The position numbers and the translations under genes are program-made. 64,000 nucleotides of DNA from Candidatus Aenigmatarchaeota archaeon (GTDB lineage Archaea > Aenigmatarchaeota > Aenigmatarchaeia > QMZP01). The DNA is taken from the NCBI GenBank assembly GCA_016198585.1, contig JACQII010000016.1, positions 21,078 through 85,077 of the forward strand, given 5' to 3'. Shown here one piece after another: positions 9,465-19,704 of this stretch; position 1 is the first letter of the stretch, and every line of letters starts with the position of its first letter. Below the pieces are notes generated by a model, which saw only the letters and a program-made list of their open reading frames with translations, made no database searches and was not told where the DNA came from.

Positions 9465-9555
9465 ACCTATTCTTCGTCCTGGGATAAAAAAGCGGCATTC
9501 GCCTGGGCGTGCGGGACCGCCAAGCATATACCGGCTCGCGGCCAATACTATGGTG

Positions 9556-11466
9556 ATGCGTGGCTTCATCCTGTCCCTCGACGCGATCGTCGCTTCCGGC
9601 CTGCTCCTGCTGCTGGCACTGTTCATCGCGGGCTTCTCCCTCAGCTTCTCGGCCGAGGACCTGGACGCGAAGCGGGTCTTCTACGTGAGCAAGGACATCA
9701 CTACCGTCCTCTTCGACGCAACCCTCCGCGACGTCAAGGAGTTCACGACCGTCAAGAACGCCCTCGCCACCGGCGCCATCGTGCAGGACGACCTGAACAA
9801 GACCCTGATCGAGGCCCTGGGATTCTGGTGGGCGACCGGCAACCAGTCGCTCGCCGAGAACCTGACCGGCGAGATCCTCAACCAGACCCTCAACAACTCG
9901 CTCTTCGGCGCGGAGGTCCTCCTCGACGAGACCGTCATCTACCGCCGGGACCTGCCCCAGCAGCGGCTCCTCGCGAAGACCCAGGCCGTGGTGAGCGGCC
10001 TCGAGCTGGGCAAGAAGCCCGAGGGCTACGTCGCCTCGGCAGTCGCGACGCAGCTGAAGAAGAACACGACCCTGATCTTCCCATTCGACCCGGAAGGATC
10101 AGGCATCGAGCAGGGGACCCGGGTCCTGGTCACCAAGAAGTTCTACCTCAACTCCTCGGAAGTCCTCACCATCAACAACGCGACCCTCTACGTCTCGATC
10201 CACTACGGCAACCAGGACCTGAGCGCGCAGAAGTTCTACGTCAACGCGCAGATCATCCAGAGCAGTGACGTCACCTGGTTCTATGAGCACATCCCGAAGA
10301 CCATCAACGGCCACGCGACCCACCTGTCCGTCGGGAAGGTCGACGTGAAGGACAGCCTCCAGTTCGGCTGGAACACCATCCGGGTCGACCTCAAGGGTGA
10401 CACCGAGTGGTACTCGCACATCCACCCCGGCTTCCGGCTGGAGATGGACGTCGAGGAGAACGCGACCAACGTCGACGTCTCGCCGAACGAGAGCATCACC
10501 TACTACTTCGACAAGATCGACAGCGAGGCTTCCGGGTCGAAAGACACCGGAGTCTGGTCGACCCTGTCCTTCTTCCTACCGAAGGGCGCCCAGGTCATCA
10601 ACGCGACCCTGTACGTGAAGGGCATCGGGATCAACAACATCTCCGCCGACGACATCCCCGTGGGCGCGCCCAAGGCCAACGTCCAGATCTACCTCAACAA
10701 CCTGACGGTCGCCCTCGCCGACCCAGTCAGCCAGGACGATGATGATGAACTGAACATCACCCTGAACTTCAGCCTGAAGGAAAACGTCACCTCAGGCACG
10801 AACATCATCTCCGTCTACCTGAACAGCTACGCGAACGACTACTGGGGCAAGCTCGACACGATCCTCTACTCCGATCCCCAGAACGACCCGACGAACTCGA
10901 GCCGGTTGGTGGTGGAGTACGTGAAGCCGCCGACCGAGATCAAGTTCGGCAACATCCAGGTCGGGGTCAAGGAGAAGCTGGGCGGGGAGACCCTGAACCC
11001 GAAGGAGTACAACAAGACGTTCAATGGGAGCGTCCTCTTCCGGACCTTCCTCCACCTCATGACCCTGGACAACGAGAACGTCACGGTCAACACCAGCTAT
11101 CCCGGCTTCCTGCAGCAGGTCTTCCGGACTCCCCGGCAGTTCGCCACGCCCACGACGGTCTTCGTCGACCCCCAGTACCTGAGCGCGACGCAGAAGAACA
11201 CCATCCGCATCGGCGACGACTGCACCGACCTCTGCAACATCACCAACGAGTCGTCATATGAGTACTTCCTCTGGATCCCCTCGTTCGTGGGCTACAACGA
11301 CACCTTCCCCAACTCCTCGGCGGCCACGGAAGACGCCCAGAAGCGGCTGGAGATCGTCCTCGGGCCGTACCTCGAAGCGGTCGAGGTCGTGAACAGCACC
11401 GTGTTCATCCCGGACATTCCCTCGCTCTGGGGTCCGGCGAAGATGGAGGTCCGGATATGGCTCTGA
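9556..11466 (+). CDS. Large pilin-like surface protein/adhesin, heavily N-glycosylatable
   Basis: MRG|FILSLDAIVA class III-like signal; about 25 N-x-S/T sequons; internal repeat NATLYV. Confidence 0.7.
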   Translation: MRGFILSLDAIVASGLLLLLALFIAGFSLSFSAEDLDAKRVFYVSKDITTVLFDATLRDVKEFTTVKNALATGAIVQDDLNKTLIEALGFWWATGNQSLAENLTGEILNQTLNNSLFGAEVLLDETVIYRRDLPQQRLLAKTQAVVSGLELGKKPEGYVASAVATQLKKNTTLIFPFDPEGSGIEQGTRVLVTKKFYLNSSEVLTINNATLYVSIHYGNQDLSAQKFYVNAQIIQSSDVTWFYEHIPKTINGHATHLSVGKVDVKDSLQFGWNTIRVDLKGDTEWYSHIHPGFRLEMDVEENATNVDVSPNESITYYFDKIDSEASGSKDTGVWSTLSFFLPKGAQVINATLYVKGIGINNISADDIPVGAPKANVQIYLNNLTVALADPVSQDDDDELNITLNFSLKENVTSGTNIISVYLNSYANDYWGKLDTILYSDPQNDPTNSSRLVVEYVKPPTEIKFGNIQVGVKEKLGGETLNPKEYNKTFNGSVLFRTFLHLMTLDNENVTVNTSYPGFLQQVFRTPRQFATPTTVFVDPQYLSATQKNTIRIGDDCTDLCNITNESSYEYFLWIPSFVGYNDTFPNSSAATEDAQKRLEIVLGPYLEAVEVVNSTVFIPDIPSLWGPAKMEVRIWL

Positions 11467-12677
11467 ACCGCCGGCGCCGGGGACAGGTCTACTCCCTGAT
11501 CGCGATCCTGCTCTCGGTCCCGGTCGTCCTCTTCATGACCGCGACCCTCTCCAGCCTCCAGGAGGCCAAGTCGTCGGTCACGGAGAAGATCGTCGCCGAC
11601 CAGCTCGCCCTGGTGGCGAAAAGCATCGAGGAGGACTTCAACAAGGCCGTCGAGACCTCGATCAAGCGGGCGTTCATCGCGGCCACCAACTACGTCTTCA
11701 CCAACAGCAGCTACTTCAGCATCGACTCGACCTACTACGTCGTCGAGGCCATGCTCAACGGCTCGATCAACGGCCAGCCCCAATACGTCATGGTCAACAA
11801 CACCCTCAAGGACTGGAAGGACCGGCTCCTCGCCGTCCAGAGCGGCTTCGAGGTGGACTTCAACTACACGACGCCGGCCGGCAACTTCAACCGGACGGAC
11901 ATCGTCGGCGACTACGGCCTCACCCTCCGCGTGGCCGACCGGTTCGGGATCGCCCGGATCGAGAAGACCGATGTGCGGAAGAAGTTCACGGTCTCGATCG
12001 AGGGCCTGGAAGACCCGGTGTTCGCGCTGGAGACCAACGGCCTGATCAGGAGGACGTACAAGATGTACGAGTACGCGTTCTATGCGCGGCGTTTCAGCGG
12101 ATTGATCGCGTCGCGAAACTTCACCGGCAACGTCAGCTTCAACGCCTCGCTCCCGACGTCCCAGCGCGCCACCAGGATACTGGTCAACGAGACGCTGACC
12201 GGTCATCGCAGCTGGGGATGCGTGATCGCGGAGTCGGGCACGCCGAACCCCGGCCAGCAGCCGTGCTACGTTCTTGGCGTGGCCTCGCCGGTGGCGACGA
12301 TCAATGCCACGATCAACGAGCTCAGCGGCTACAACGTCCTCTACGTCGACAACGTGACCAATGCGGCGTGGTCGCTGCCACTGAACCGCAGTCTGGAGCC
12401 CGGCAACGAGCGGTACTACGAATTCCGGGGGCCCGACCCGTTCGAGCGGCTCTCGGGGGACGTGGCGAACTCGAGCGACGTCGGCATCATGGCCATCCTG
12501 AACACCGACCAACTCAAGGCGAAGGGCGGCGGGGTGACCGAAGGTGTGACGAGAGTGGAGTGGGTCTACTTCTGGACGCCGGGAAAGCTGGGCCACCAAT
12601 TCCGCAGCTTCCCGTCCTGGTTCCTGCTCGACGACAACACCACGACGTTCTTCAACGTCACCGACCTCCAGATCTAG
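11457..12677 (+). CDS. Pilin-like surface protein with class III signal peptide
   Basis: RRRRG|QVYSLIAILL signal; IEGLEDP motif typical of these loci; many sequons. Confidence 0.7.
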   Translation: MALNRRRRGQVYSLIAILLSVPVVLFMTATLSSLQEAKSSVTEKIVADQLALVAKSIEEDFNKAVETSIKRAFIAATNYVFTNSSYFSIDSTYYVVEAMLNGSINGQPQYVMVNNTLKDWKDRLLAVQSGFEVDFNYTTPAGNFNRTDIVGDYGLTLRVADRFGIARIEKTDVRKKFTVSIEGLEDPVFALETNGLIRRTYKMYEYAFYARRFSGLIASRNFTGNVSFNASLPTSQRATRILVNETLTGHRSWGCVIAESGTPNPGQQPCYVLGVASPVATINATINELSGYNVLYVDNVTNAAWSLPLNRSLEPGNERYYEFRGPDPFERLSGDVANSSDVGIMAILNTDQLKAKGGGVTEGVTRVEWVYFWTPGKLGHQFRSFPSWFLLDDNTTTFFNVTDLQI

Positions 12678-12751
12678 CGCGCAGCGGCTGGGAGCGGGAG
12701 GTTTTGCTGGTCAGGTTCCGGGCTTATATAGCGGCCGCCGAATAATAGTAC

Positions 12752-13789
12752 ATGGCGAAGAGAGCCAAGAAGCATCCTGCGCCGAAGCACCGCGTCAAGA
12801 AGCTGGTCGTCCGGCGCGCCAAGCCGCACCACCGCCCACAATCGCATGAGGCTGCCCCGGAATCGATCACCCAGCTCGAACGGGAAATCATCTCCATTCT
12901 CAAGGAATCGGACAAGGCCAAGCCGCCCCTCCCGGTGAAGGACACTCCCCAGGAGACGACGATCGTCGCGCCCATGGTGGACACGGAAGCAGCCGCCAAG
13001 GCCCCGCCGCGCGAGCTGCTCGAGACTAGCCCGGACAAGCTCTATCGCATGGTGAAGGAACGGAAGCGGGTCACGATCGCCGAGGCCGCGGCCGATTTCG
13101 GCCTAGAGGAGCGGCTGATCGAGGAGTGGGGGACCATCCTCGAGGACCACCGCCTGGTGCGTGTCCACTACCCGCCGTTCGGCAAGCCCGTCCTGCTCCT
13201 TCCGCTGGAGAAGAAAATCCCCGGTAAGGCGCGCCAGAAAAGCCCTGAGCAGCCCGCGGCGCCGCGCCTGCCGCCCCTGCGGAAGCGGCGGTCAAGGAAG
13301 AAGCCGGTCGCGGCTGTCCTCACCCTCGCCATAGCCTTCCTGGTGCTGAACACCTTTGTCCCGGCATTCTCACTCGCGGTCCAGTCCTTGAAGAATCAGC
13401 TGATTGCCGCCGTCCAGAGCAGTCCCGCGGTGCTGGCTGGCCTCGTGGTCGTCGTCGCCCTGGTCGTGGTCATCCTGATCCTGCTCGTCAAGCGGCGGCA
13501 CGGCCCCCGGAAGCTCCACCCGCCCAAGGCCGCGCCAGCCAAGACCGCACGCCATGCCCGGCGCCTGCCCGGTCGACGGGTGGCCGCGCTCCTGCTGCTG
13601 GCCTGCGCCGCCGGCCTTGTCGGCTGGATTGTGGCCACGGGTCAGACCCTGACCATCCCGGCCGGCCTCTTCACCGGCGGGGTGCAAGGTACTTATGGCG
13701 CTGCGGCTATCATCAGTATGATTGCCGTCGCCGTCTTGGTGGCGGCGCGGCGGCGGGCCGGGCGGACGACACGGAGGCGGAAACGATGA
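12752..13789 (+). CDS. Membrane protein with basic N-terminus, central winged-HTH-like segment and four C-terminal TM helices
   Basis: DKLYRMVKERKRVTIAEAAADFG...IEEWGTILEDHRLV pattern; overlaps the ATPase start (ATGA). Confidence 0.55.
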   Translation: MAKRAKKHPAPKHRVKKLVVRRAKPHHRPQSHEAAPESITQLEREIISILKESDKAKPPLPVKDTPQETTIVAPMVDTEAAAKAPPRELLETSPDKLYRMVKERKRVTIAEAAADFGLEERLIEEWGTILEDHRLVRVHYPPFGKPVLLLPLEKKIPGKARQKSPEQPAAPRLPPLRKRRSRKKPVAAVLTLAIAFLVLNTFVPAFSLAVQSLKNQLIAAVQSSPAVLAGLVVVVALVVVILILLVKRRHGPRKLHPPKAAPAKTARHARRLPGRRVAALLLLACAAGLVGWIVATGQTLTIPAGLFTGGVQGTYGAAAIISMIAVAVLVAARRRAGRTTRRRKR

Positions 13790-15276
13790 AGAAGGAAGAC
13801 GTCGCACAGAAGTATGTGGTGACCGCGGACGGGATCGCGGCTGACGTGAACATCGGCTTCGCGCCCGGCGAATTCGTCCCGATCTACCGCGTCCGGTACC
13901 CGAAGATCGAGATCGCCACCCGGGCCATCCTGGAAGCGATCCGCGAGAAGCTGATCAGCGAGATCGACATCCGGCCGAGCCAGACCCTGGTCCCCGAGGA
14001 GATCGAGGCCATGAAGGCCCGCTTCTTCGCCGCTTCCAAGCAGCACATCAAGAGGGAACTCCCCAAGACCCCGGCCGACAAGCAGGACGTCCTCGCCGGC
14101 ATCCTCCTGCACAATTCCCTCGGCCTCGGCCCGATCGAAATCCTGCTCAACGACCAGAACCTCGAGGAGATCGTCATCAACAGCGCGCGCGAGCCCGTCT
14201 GGGTCTACCATCGGAAGCTGGGCTGGCTCAAGACCGACATCACTCTGCCGTCGGAGACGGAGATCTACAACTACGCGGCCATGATCGGCCGGCGCGTCGG
14301 GACCCAGATCACCTACCTGACCCCGCTCATGGACGCCTACCTGACCACCGGCGACCGCGCGAACGCCACCCTGTTCCCCATCAGCTCGCAGGGCAATACC
14401 CTGACGATCCGGAAGTTCGCCCGGCGGCCCTGGACCATCACCGATTTCATCGAGGCCAACACCCTCTCGGTCAAGGTCGCTGCGTTCCTCTGGCTCGGCC
14501 TCCAGTACGAGATGAACGTCCTCATTGCGGGGGGGACGGCCTCGGGGAAGACTTCGCTGCTCAACGTCCTCTCCAACTTCATACCACCAAACCAGCGCAT
14601 CATCTCGATCGAGGACACTAGGGAAGTCCAGCTGCCCGACTTCCTCCACTGGGTCCCGCTCACGACGCGACCGGCCAACCCGGAGGGGAAGGGTGAGGTC
14701 TCGATGCTCGAGCTGATGGTGAACTCCCTGCGGATGCGGCCTGACCGGATCCTGGTGGGGGAGATCAGACGGTCGCGGGAGGCCGAAGTCCTGTTCGAGG
14801 CGATCCACACCGGCCACTCCGTGTACTCGACGCTGCACGCGAACACCGCCGAGGAGACCGTGCGCCGGCTGACGCACCCGCCGATCAACATCCCGGTCAC
14901 GCTGCTGAGCTCGCTGCAACTGGTGGCGGTGATGCACCGCGACCGGCGGCGGGAGATCCGGCGCGTGATCCAGGTCTCGGAGATCATGTCCGGTCCCCAA
15001 CTGGAACTGAACACGGTCTTCGAGTGGCTGCCGACCAAGGACACCTTCATGGAGGTCTCCAAATCCTCGCGGGTGATGGACGAGATCGGCATGTACACGG
15101 GCATGACCCGCGACGACCTCGCCCGCGACCTCCGGAACAAGGAGAAGATCCTGACCTGGCTGGTGAAGAAGCAGGTCAAGGACATCAACCGGGTCGGCAA
15201 GATCATTTCCACCTACTACCTCGACCCGGACAAGGTCCTGGAGGCCATCTCCACCGGGAAAGACCTCTCACTATGA
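13786..15276 (+). CDS. Type IV pilus/Tad assembly ATPase (CpaF/VirB11 family)
   Basis: GGTASGKTS Walker A, IEDTRE Asp box, LRMRPDRILVGEIR, TGHSVYSTLHA His box. Confidence 0.93.
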   Translation: MKKEDVAQKYVVTADGIAADVNIGFAPGEFVPIYRVRYPKIEIATRAILEAIREKLISEIDIRPSQTLVPEEIEAMKARFFAASKQHIKRELPKTPADKQDVLAGILLHNSLGLGPIEILLNDQNLEEIVINSAREPVWVYHRKLGWLKTDITLPSETEIYNYAAMIGRRVGTQITYLTPLMDAYLTTGDRANATLFPISSQGNTLTIRKFARRPWTITDFIEANTLSVKVAAFLWLGLQYEMNVLIAGGTASGKTSLLNVLSNFIPPNQRIISIEDTREVQLPDFLHWVPLTTRPANPEGKGEVSMLELMVNSLRMRPDRILVGEIRRSREAEVLFEAIHTGHSVYSTLHANTAEETVRRLTHPPINIPVTLLSSLQLVAVMHRDRRREIRRVIQVSEIMSGPQLELNTVFEWLPTKDTFMEVSKSSRVMDEIGMYTGMTRDDLARDLRNKEKILTWLVKKQVKDINRVGKIISTYYLDPDKVLEAISTGKDLSL

Positions 15277-16160
15277 AACGCCTTCCGTTCCTCTTCCTGC
15301 ATCCAGACCGGGGGAAGAGCCTGGCGCACCACTTCCAAGGCTTCGGCGAGACCGCTTCCCACCTGTTCCCCGGGGCGGACTTCAGCCTGCAGCAGGCCGA
15401 GGTCGACATGGACGCGAAGGAATGGCTCGGGCTCGCGTTCTTCGCGGGCGTCATCTACTTCGTGATCGGCTTCAGCGCCCTGCTCGTGGCGACGTTCCCG
15501 CTCATTTCACCGCCCGCCCGGGCATTCGGGCTGGCGTTCGGCGGCGGCGCCGGGGTCGGCGGCGCCGTGTTCTTCTACTTCTCCCTCTACCCGAAGATGG
15601 CCCTTAAGAAGAAGATCAAGGACCTGGAGCACAACCTGCCCCACGCCCTCAACCACCTGCTCATCCAAGTCCGCGCAGGGGTGACGCTCTTCAATGCGCT
15701 GCACTCGATCTCCCTGAGCGGCTACGGCACGCTGTCCGAGGAGTTCGGGAAGGCCGTCAGCCAGATCACGACCGGCAAGTCAGACGTCGAGGCGATCGAG
15801 ACGATCGCCCGGAACAACCCGTCCCTCTTCTTCCGGCGGATCGCCTGGCAGATGGTCAACGCCCTGAAGTCGGGAGCGGACATCGGGAACGTCCTGACCG
15901 AGATCGTGAGCGCGATCGCGGACGAGCAGAAGACCGCGATCAAGAAATACGGGTCGGAACTGAATCCGCTCTCGCTGTTCTACATGATGCTGGTGGTGAT
16001 CTTCCCGACCATGGGCATCGTCTTCCTCCTGGTGTTGTTCTCGTTCGTCGGCGCGGCGATCGATGTCTACGTCATCCTCTACGGGATCCTCGCGCTGATC
16101 CTCCTGGTCCAGGTCATGTTCATGGGGCTCATCAAGAACAAGAGGCCGATCGGACTATGA
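15273..16160 (+). CDS. Type II secretion F / TadC-like platform protein
   Basis: LPHALNHLLIQVRAGVTL, YGTLSEEF, KSGADI, TM helices; overlaps the ATPase stop. Confidence 0.88.
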   Translation: MKRLPFLFLHPDRGKSLAHHFQGFGETASHLFPGADFSLQQAEVDMDAKEWLGLAFFAGVIYFVIGFSALLVATFPLISPPARAFGLAFGGGAGVGGAVFFYFSLYPKMALKKKIKDLEHNLPHALNHLLIQVRAGVTLFNALHSISLSGYGTLSEEFGKAVSQITTGKSDVEAIETIARNNPSLFFRRIAWQMVNALKSGADIGNVLTEIVSAIADEQKTAIKKYGSELNPLSLFYMMLVVIFPTMGIVFLLVLFSFVGAAIDVYVILYGILALILLVQVMFMGLIKNKRPIGL

Positions 16161-17113
16161 TCTACCGCCTGATGCCGGACCGGTACAAGCACGCGATCCA
16201 CGAGTTGCTGCAGAACGCGGGCAGTAAGCGGACGCCGCAGAACTTCACCAACTCCACCTTCATGATCTCGCTCATCCTGGCCGTGGTGGCCGGCCTGGTC
16301 AGCGGCGGGATCGGCCTCTACGTCGGACTGGGGGCCTTCGCGGCCGCCTTCGGCCTGCTGCACGGCTTCCTCACCTTGGCAGTCGACCGGCGCGCGGGCT
16401 TCGTGGAGTCGATCCTGCCCGACGCGCTCCAGCTGATGGCTGCCAACTCCCGCGCGGGCTACATCCCCTCCCGGGCGCTGACGATGAGCGCGCGGAAGGA
16501 GTTCGGTCCCCTGTCGGAGGCGATCAAGGGCGCGGGGAAGGAGATGATGACCGGGAAAGGCCTCGATGAGAGCCTGGCCGTCATCCCCCGGTACATCAAG
16601 TCCGACGTCCTGGCCAAGACCATGAAGCTCATCGTGGAAGGCATCAGGTCCGGCGGGCAGTTCGCCGAACTGCTCGAGCAAAACGCCGAGGACATCCGGC
16701 GGAACCAGGCGATCAAGAAGGAGATCAAGGCCAACATCACCATGTACATCATCTTCATCGGCTTCGCCGGCTGCGTCGGCGCGCCCGTGCTCTACGCCCT
16801 GTCGTCGTTCCTGATCGTGACGATCGGCGCGCTGGGCGCGTCGGCCCAGCTCCCTGAGACCGTGGCAGCCCAGGTCCCGTTCGGCGACTTTTCAGGCGTG
16901 GCGATCTCCGCGGACTTCCTCTTCCTGTTCAGCCTCGCCGCGATCGCGATCACCACCTTCTTCAGCGGCCTGATCATCGGCACGATCTCCACCGGGAAGG
17001 AGAAGGCGGGCATCAAGTTCATCCCCATCTTCATGGTCGTCGGCCTCGGGGTCTTCTTCGCGGCCCGGGTCTTCATCAGCGGCATCTTCGGGACGCTCAT
17101 TCCCGGCGGGTGA
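16157..17113 (+). CDS. Second type II secretion F / TadB-C-like platform protein
   Basis: LPDALQLMAANSRAG, FGPLSEAI, RSGGQFAELLE, TM helices. Confidence 0.88.
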   Translation: MIYRLMPDRYKHAIHELLQNAGSKRTPQNFTNSTFMISLILAVVAGLVSGGIGLYVGLGAFAAAFGLLHGFLTLAVDRRAGFVESILPDALQLMAANSRAGYIPSRALTMSARKEFGPLSEAIKGAGKEMMTGKGLDESLAVIPRYIKSDVLAKTMKLIVEGIRSGGQFAELLEQNAEDIRRNQAIKKEIKANITMYIIFIGFAGCVGAPVLYALSSFLIVTIGALGASAQLPETVAAQVPFGDFSGVAISADFLFLFSLAAIAITTFFSGLIIGTISTGKEKAGIKFIPIFMVVGLGVFFAARVFISGIFGTLIPGG

Positions 17114-17268
17114 CCCGCCGGCGGGAGATGTGAGGATGCGCGGAGGCCGGCCCTGCATAACGATGTTATATGTGCCCGACTGCTTCCTGTTTGCACCCGA
17201 TGAACAGAACACCGTCCACCGGAACAACGCTCCGTATGCTTAAATAGGGGAACTGCCAATACTGTGGT

Positions 17269-17748
17269 ATGAGGACACACGTACCGCGAAAGGGACAGTC
17301 CGCCATGGAATACCTCATGACGTATGGCTGGGCGATCCTGATCGTGATCATCGTGGCAGCAGTTCTCTTCTCGCTGGGGGTCTTTGATCCGGCAACCTAC
17401 ACCACTACCGCAGCCGTGGGTTTTTCCGGGTTCAACGTCCCTTCTGGAGGGTTCCAGCTAAGCTCTGGCGGGACCTTGACCGTGCAGATGACCAACGGTG
17501 TCGGTGCAACCATTCGCATCGCTGGGGCTGAAGCGGTTGTAGGGGCCACCAAAGCATCGAACACGAGCGCGATCAACGGCCAGCAAAACGTAGCCCCGGG
17601 GGACACCATCACCATTACCATCCCCAGCTTGGGAACCAAGACCGCTGGAAGCGCATACACAGCCGACGTGAAAATCAACTTCACCAACATCAACACCGGC
17701 CTCGATGGATTTAAAACAACCGGAACCCTCTCGGGAACTGTCTCATAA
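17269..17748 (+). CDS. Major archaeal type IV pilin
   Basis: RKG|QSAMEYLMTYGWAILIVIIV class III signal; own TATA (CTTAAATA ~17239) and T-rich terminator. Confidence 0.88.
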   Translation: MRTHVPRKGQSAMEYLMTYGWAILIVIIVAAVLFSLGVFDPATYTTTAAVGFSGFNVPSGGFQLSSGGTLTVQMTNGVGATIRIAGAEAVVGATKASNTSAINGQQNVAPGDTITITIPSLGTKTAGSAYTADVKINFTNINTGLDGFKTTGTLSGTVS

Positions 17749-17749
17749 G

Positions 17750-17781
17750 CTTTTCTTTTTTCCCTTCTTTTTGTTTTTCTC
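17750..17781 (+). terminator. Archaeal oligo-T terminator after the major pilin
   Basis: Run CTTTTCTTTTTTCCCTTCTTTTTGTTTTTCT immediately after the stop codon. Confidence 0.65.
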
Positions 17782-17829
17782 TGACCTAGGTCTCGGAGCA
17801 TTTATACCCGGCCGGAACAATAGCTATGC

Positions 17830-18234
17830 ATGAAGGCCCAGGCCGCCCTCGAGTACATGATCATCGTCGCCATCGTCTTCACCTTCATCATCCCCATCTG
17901 GTCTCACCTCGCCACGGTCAACGAGAGCTCGCAACAGTCCCTTTCTATCTCGCAGGCTCAGAATGCCGCCAGGAAGATCACCTCAGCGGCCGACCTGGTG
18001 TGGGCCCAGGGGCCGCCCGCGATGCTCACTATCGACGTCTACATCCCCGAAGGCGTCGCCAGCGCCCGGATGCAGAACACCTCGGTCATCTTCACCCTCT
18101 ACTTCGGCGCCGGAAGCACGACAGATGTGGCGTCCACCTCGATCGGCCCGCTGAACGGCTCGCTCCCGACGAACGAGGGCCTCTACAAGTTCGTGGTCCG
18201 CGCGAACACGACCTTCGTGAACGTGACCTACTGA
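17830..18234 (+). CDS. Minor pilin with class III signal peptide
   Basis: MKA|QAALEYMIIVAIV. Confidence 0.78.
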   Translation: MKAQAALEYMIIVAIVFTFIIPIWSHLATVNESSQQSLSISQAQNAARKITSAADLVWAQGPPAMLTIDVYIPEGVASARMQNTSVIFTLYFGAGSTTDVASTSIGPLNGSLPTNEGLYKFVVRANTTFVNVTY

Positions 18235-18277
18235 CGGGGAGCGATCGGGATTTAAAGGCAAAGGACAATCCTTTGGC

Positions 18278-19273
18278 ATGAAAGCCTCGGCCATCGCCCA
18301 CGCGAACATCGCCCTCGTGAAGTACTGGGGCAAGCGCGATAACGGGCTCATGCTGCCCCACAACGGCAGCATCTCCATGACGACGGACGACTTCGCCGCC
18401 CACACGACCGTGGAGTTCGGCGTCCCCGAGGACGTCCTCGTCCTGAACGGCACGCAGCTGGGGAAGGGGACCGAGGAGTATGACGAGTATGTCGGCAACT
18501 TCCTTGCCGCCCTCCGGGAGATGACCGGCCGGCGGGAACGGGTCAAGATCGTCAGCAAGAACGACTTCCCCACCGCAGCCGGGCTCGCCTCATCTGCAGC
18601 GGGATTCGCTGCGTTGGCCACGGCCGTGAACGAGGCCCTCGGCCTCAACCTGGACCAGCAAGCTCTCAGCGTCCTCGCCCGGCGCGGCTCCGGGTCGGCT
18701 ACCCGGTCGATCTACGGCGGCTTCGTCGAGTGGCTCCGCGGCAGCAACCAGGACGGCCGGGACTCCATCGCGCTCCAGATCGCCCCGCCCAGCCACTGGC
18801 CGGCCTTCCGCATGATTGCCTGCATCACCTCGTTCCAGGCGAAGAAGGTCAAATCCCGCGCAGGGATGTCCCAGACCGTCAAGACCTCGGCCCTCTACAA
18901 GGGCTGGCTGGACAGCGTCAAGCACGACCTTGACGCCGTGCGGTCAGGCATCCAGAGCCGCGACTTCAGCCTCGTCGGCCGGACCGCGGAGGAGAACTGC
19001 CTCAAGATGCACGCCACCATGATGACCACCAGGCCGCCGATCATCTACTGGAACGCCGGAACCTTGGAGCTGATCCACTCGATCCTCGACTGGCGCGACG
19101 AGGGCCTGGAGTGCTACTTCACCATCGATGCCGGCCCCCAGGTTAAGATCATGTGCCTCTCCAAGGACGCCGAGGAGATCATGAAGCGCGCCAAGGAGTT
19201 CCCCGGCATCGAGGACGTCCGCCTGGCGCGGCCGGGGCCGGACGCGCGCGTCGTCCGCGAACATCTGTTCTGA
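18278..19273 (+). CDS. mvaD: Diphosphomevalonate decarboxylase
   Basis: AHANIALVKYWGKRD, SISMT, FPTAAGLASSAAG, ARRGSGSATRS, TIDAGP. Confidence 0.92.
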   Translation: MKASAIAHANIALVKYWGKRDNGLMLPHNGSISMTTDDFAAHTTVEFGVPEDVLVLNGTQLGKGTEEYDEYVGNFLAALREMTGRRERVKIVSKNDFPTAAGLASSAAGFAALATAVNEALGLNLDQQALSVLARRGSGSATRSIYGGFVEWLRGSNQDGRDSIALQIAPPSHWPAFRMIACITSFQAKKVKSRAGMSQTVKTSALYKGWLDSVKHDLDAVRSGIQSRDFSLVGRTAEENCLKMHATMMTTRPPIIYWNAGTLELIHSILDWRDEGLECYFTIDAGPQVKIMCLSKDAEEIMKRAKEFPGIEDVRLARPGPDARVVREHLF

Positions 19274-19290
19274 CCATGTCCGGAGGCCCC

Positions 19291-19704
19291 ATGAAGAACA
19301 GCAAGCCGCCTCTTGACCAGCATGACACCACCGCGATTCTGATCGAGCGCAATGGCAGGTTTCTCCTCGTGCGGCGCGCCAATCCCCCGGAGCAGGGATT
19401 CTGGGCTGTCCCCGGAGGCCACCGCACGGCAGGGGAGACGATCAGGGCATGCGCGATCCGCGAATGCCAGGAAGAAGTAGGGAAAGGTCAGATCGAGAAG
19501 AAACCCTTCATCATCTTCGTCCACGACGTCAAAGTCGGTCACCGCCACCGGGCCCACGTTTTCCGGGGAACGCTAGTAGGGGAGCCACGAGCCGGGTCTG
19601 ATGCCGCGGAAGCCCGCTGGTTCAGCTTCGAGGAGATGCACGAGATCGAGCTCACGCATTACACGAAGAAGATCCTCAACGCCATCCTCTACGGGGAGAT
19701 CTAG
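19291..19704 (+). CDS. Nudix hydrolase
   Basis: Complete Nudix box GGHRTAGETIRACAIRECQEEVG; GGAGG SD before the ATG. Confidence 0.85.
   Translation: MKNSKPPLDQHDTTAILIERNGRFLLVRRANPPEQGFWAVPGGHRTAGETIRACAIRECQEEVGKGQIEKKPFIIFVHDVKVGHRHRAHVFRGTLVGEPRAGSDAAEARWFSFEEMHEIELTHYTKKILNAILYGEI

Noticed and set aside
19291-19704. Nudix gene after mvaD as type 1 IPP isomerase
   Set aside because: Lacks the IDI-1 Cys motif (TNxCCSHP-like) and His/Glu metal residues; it has an ordinary Nudix box.
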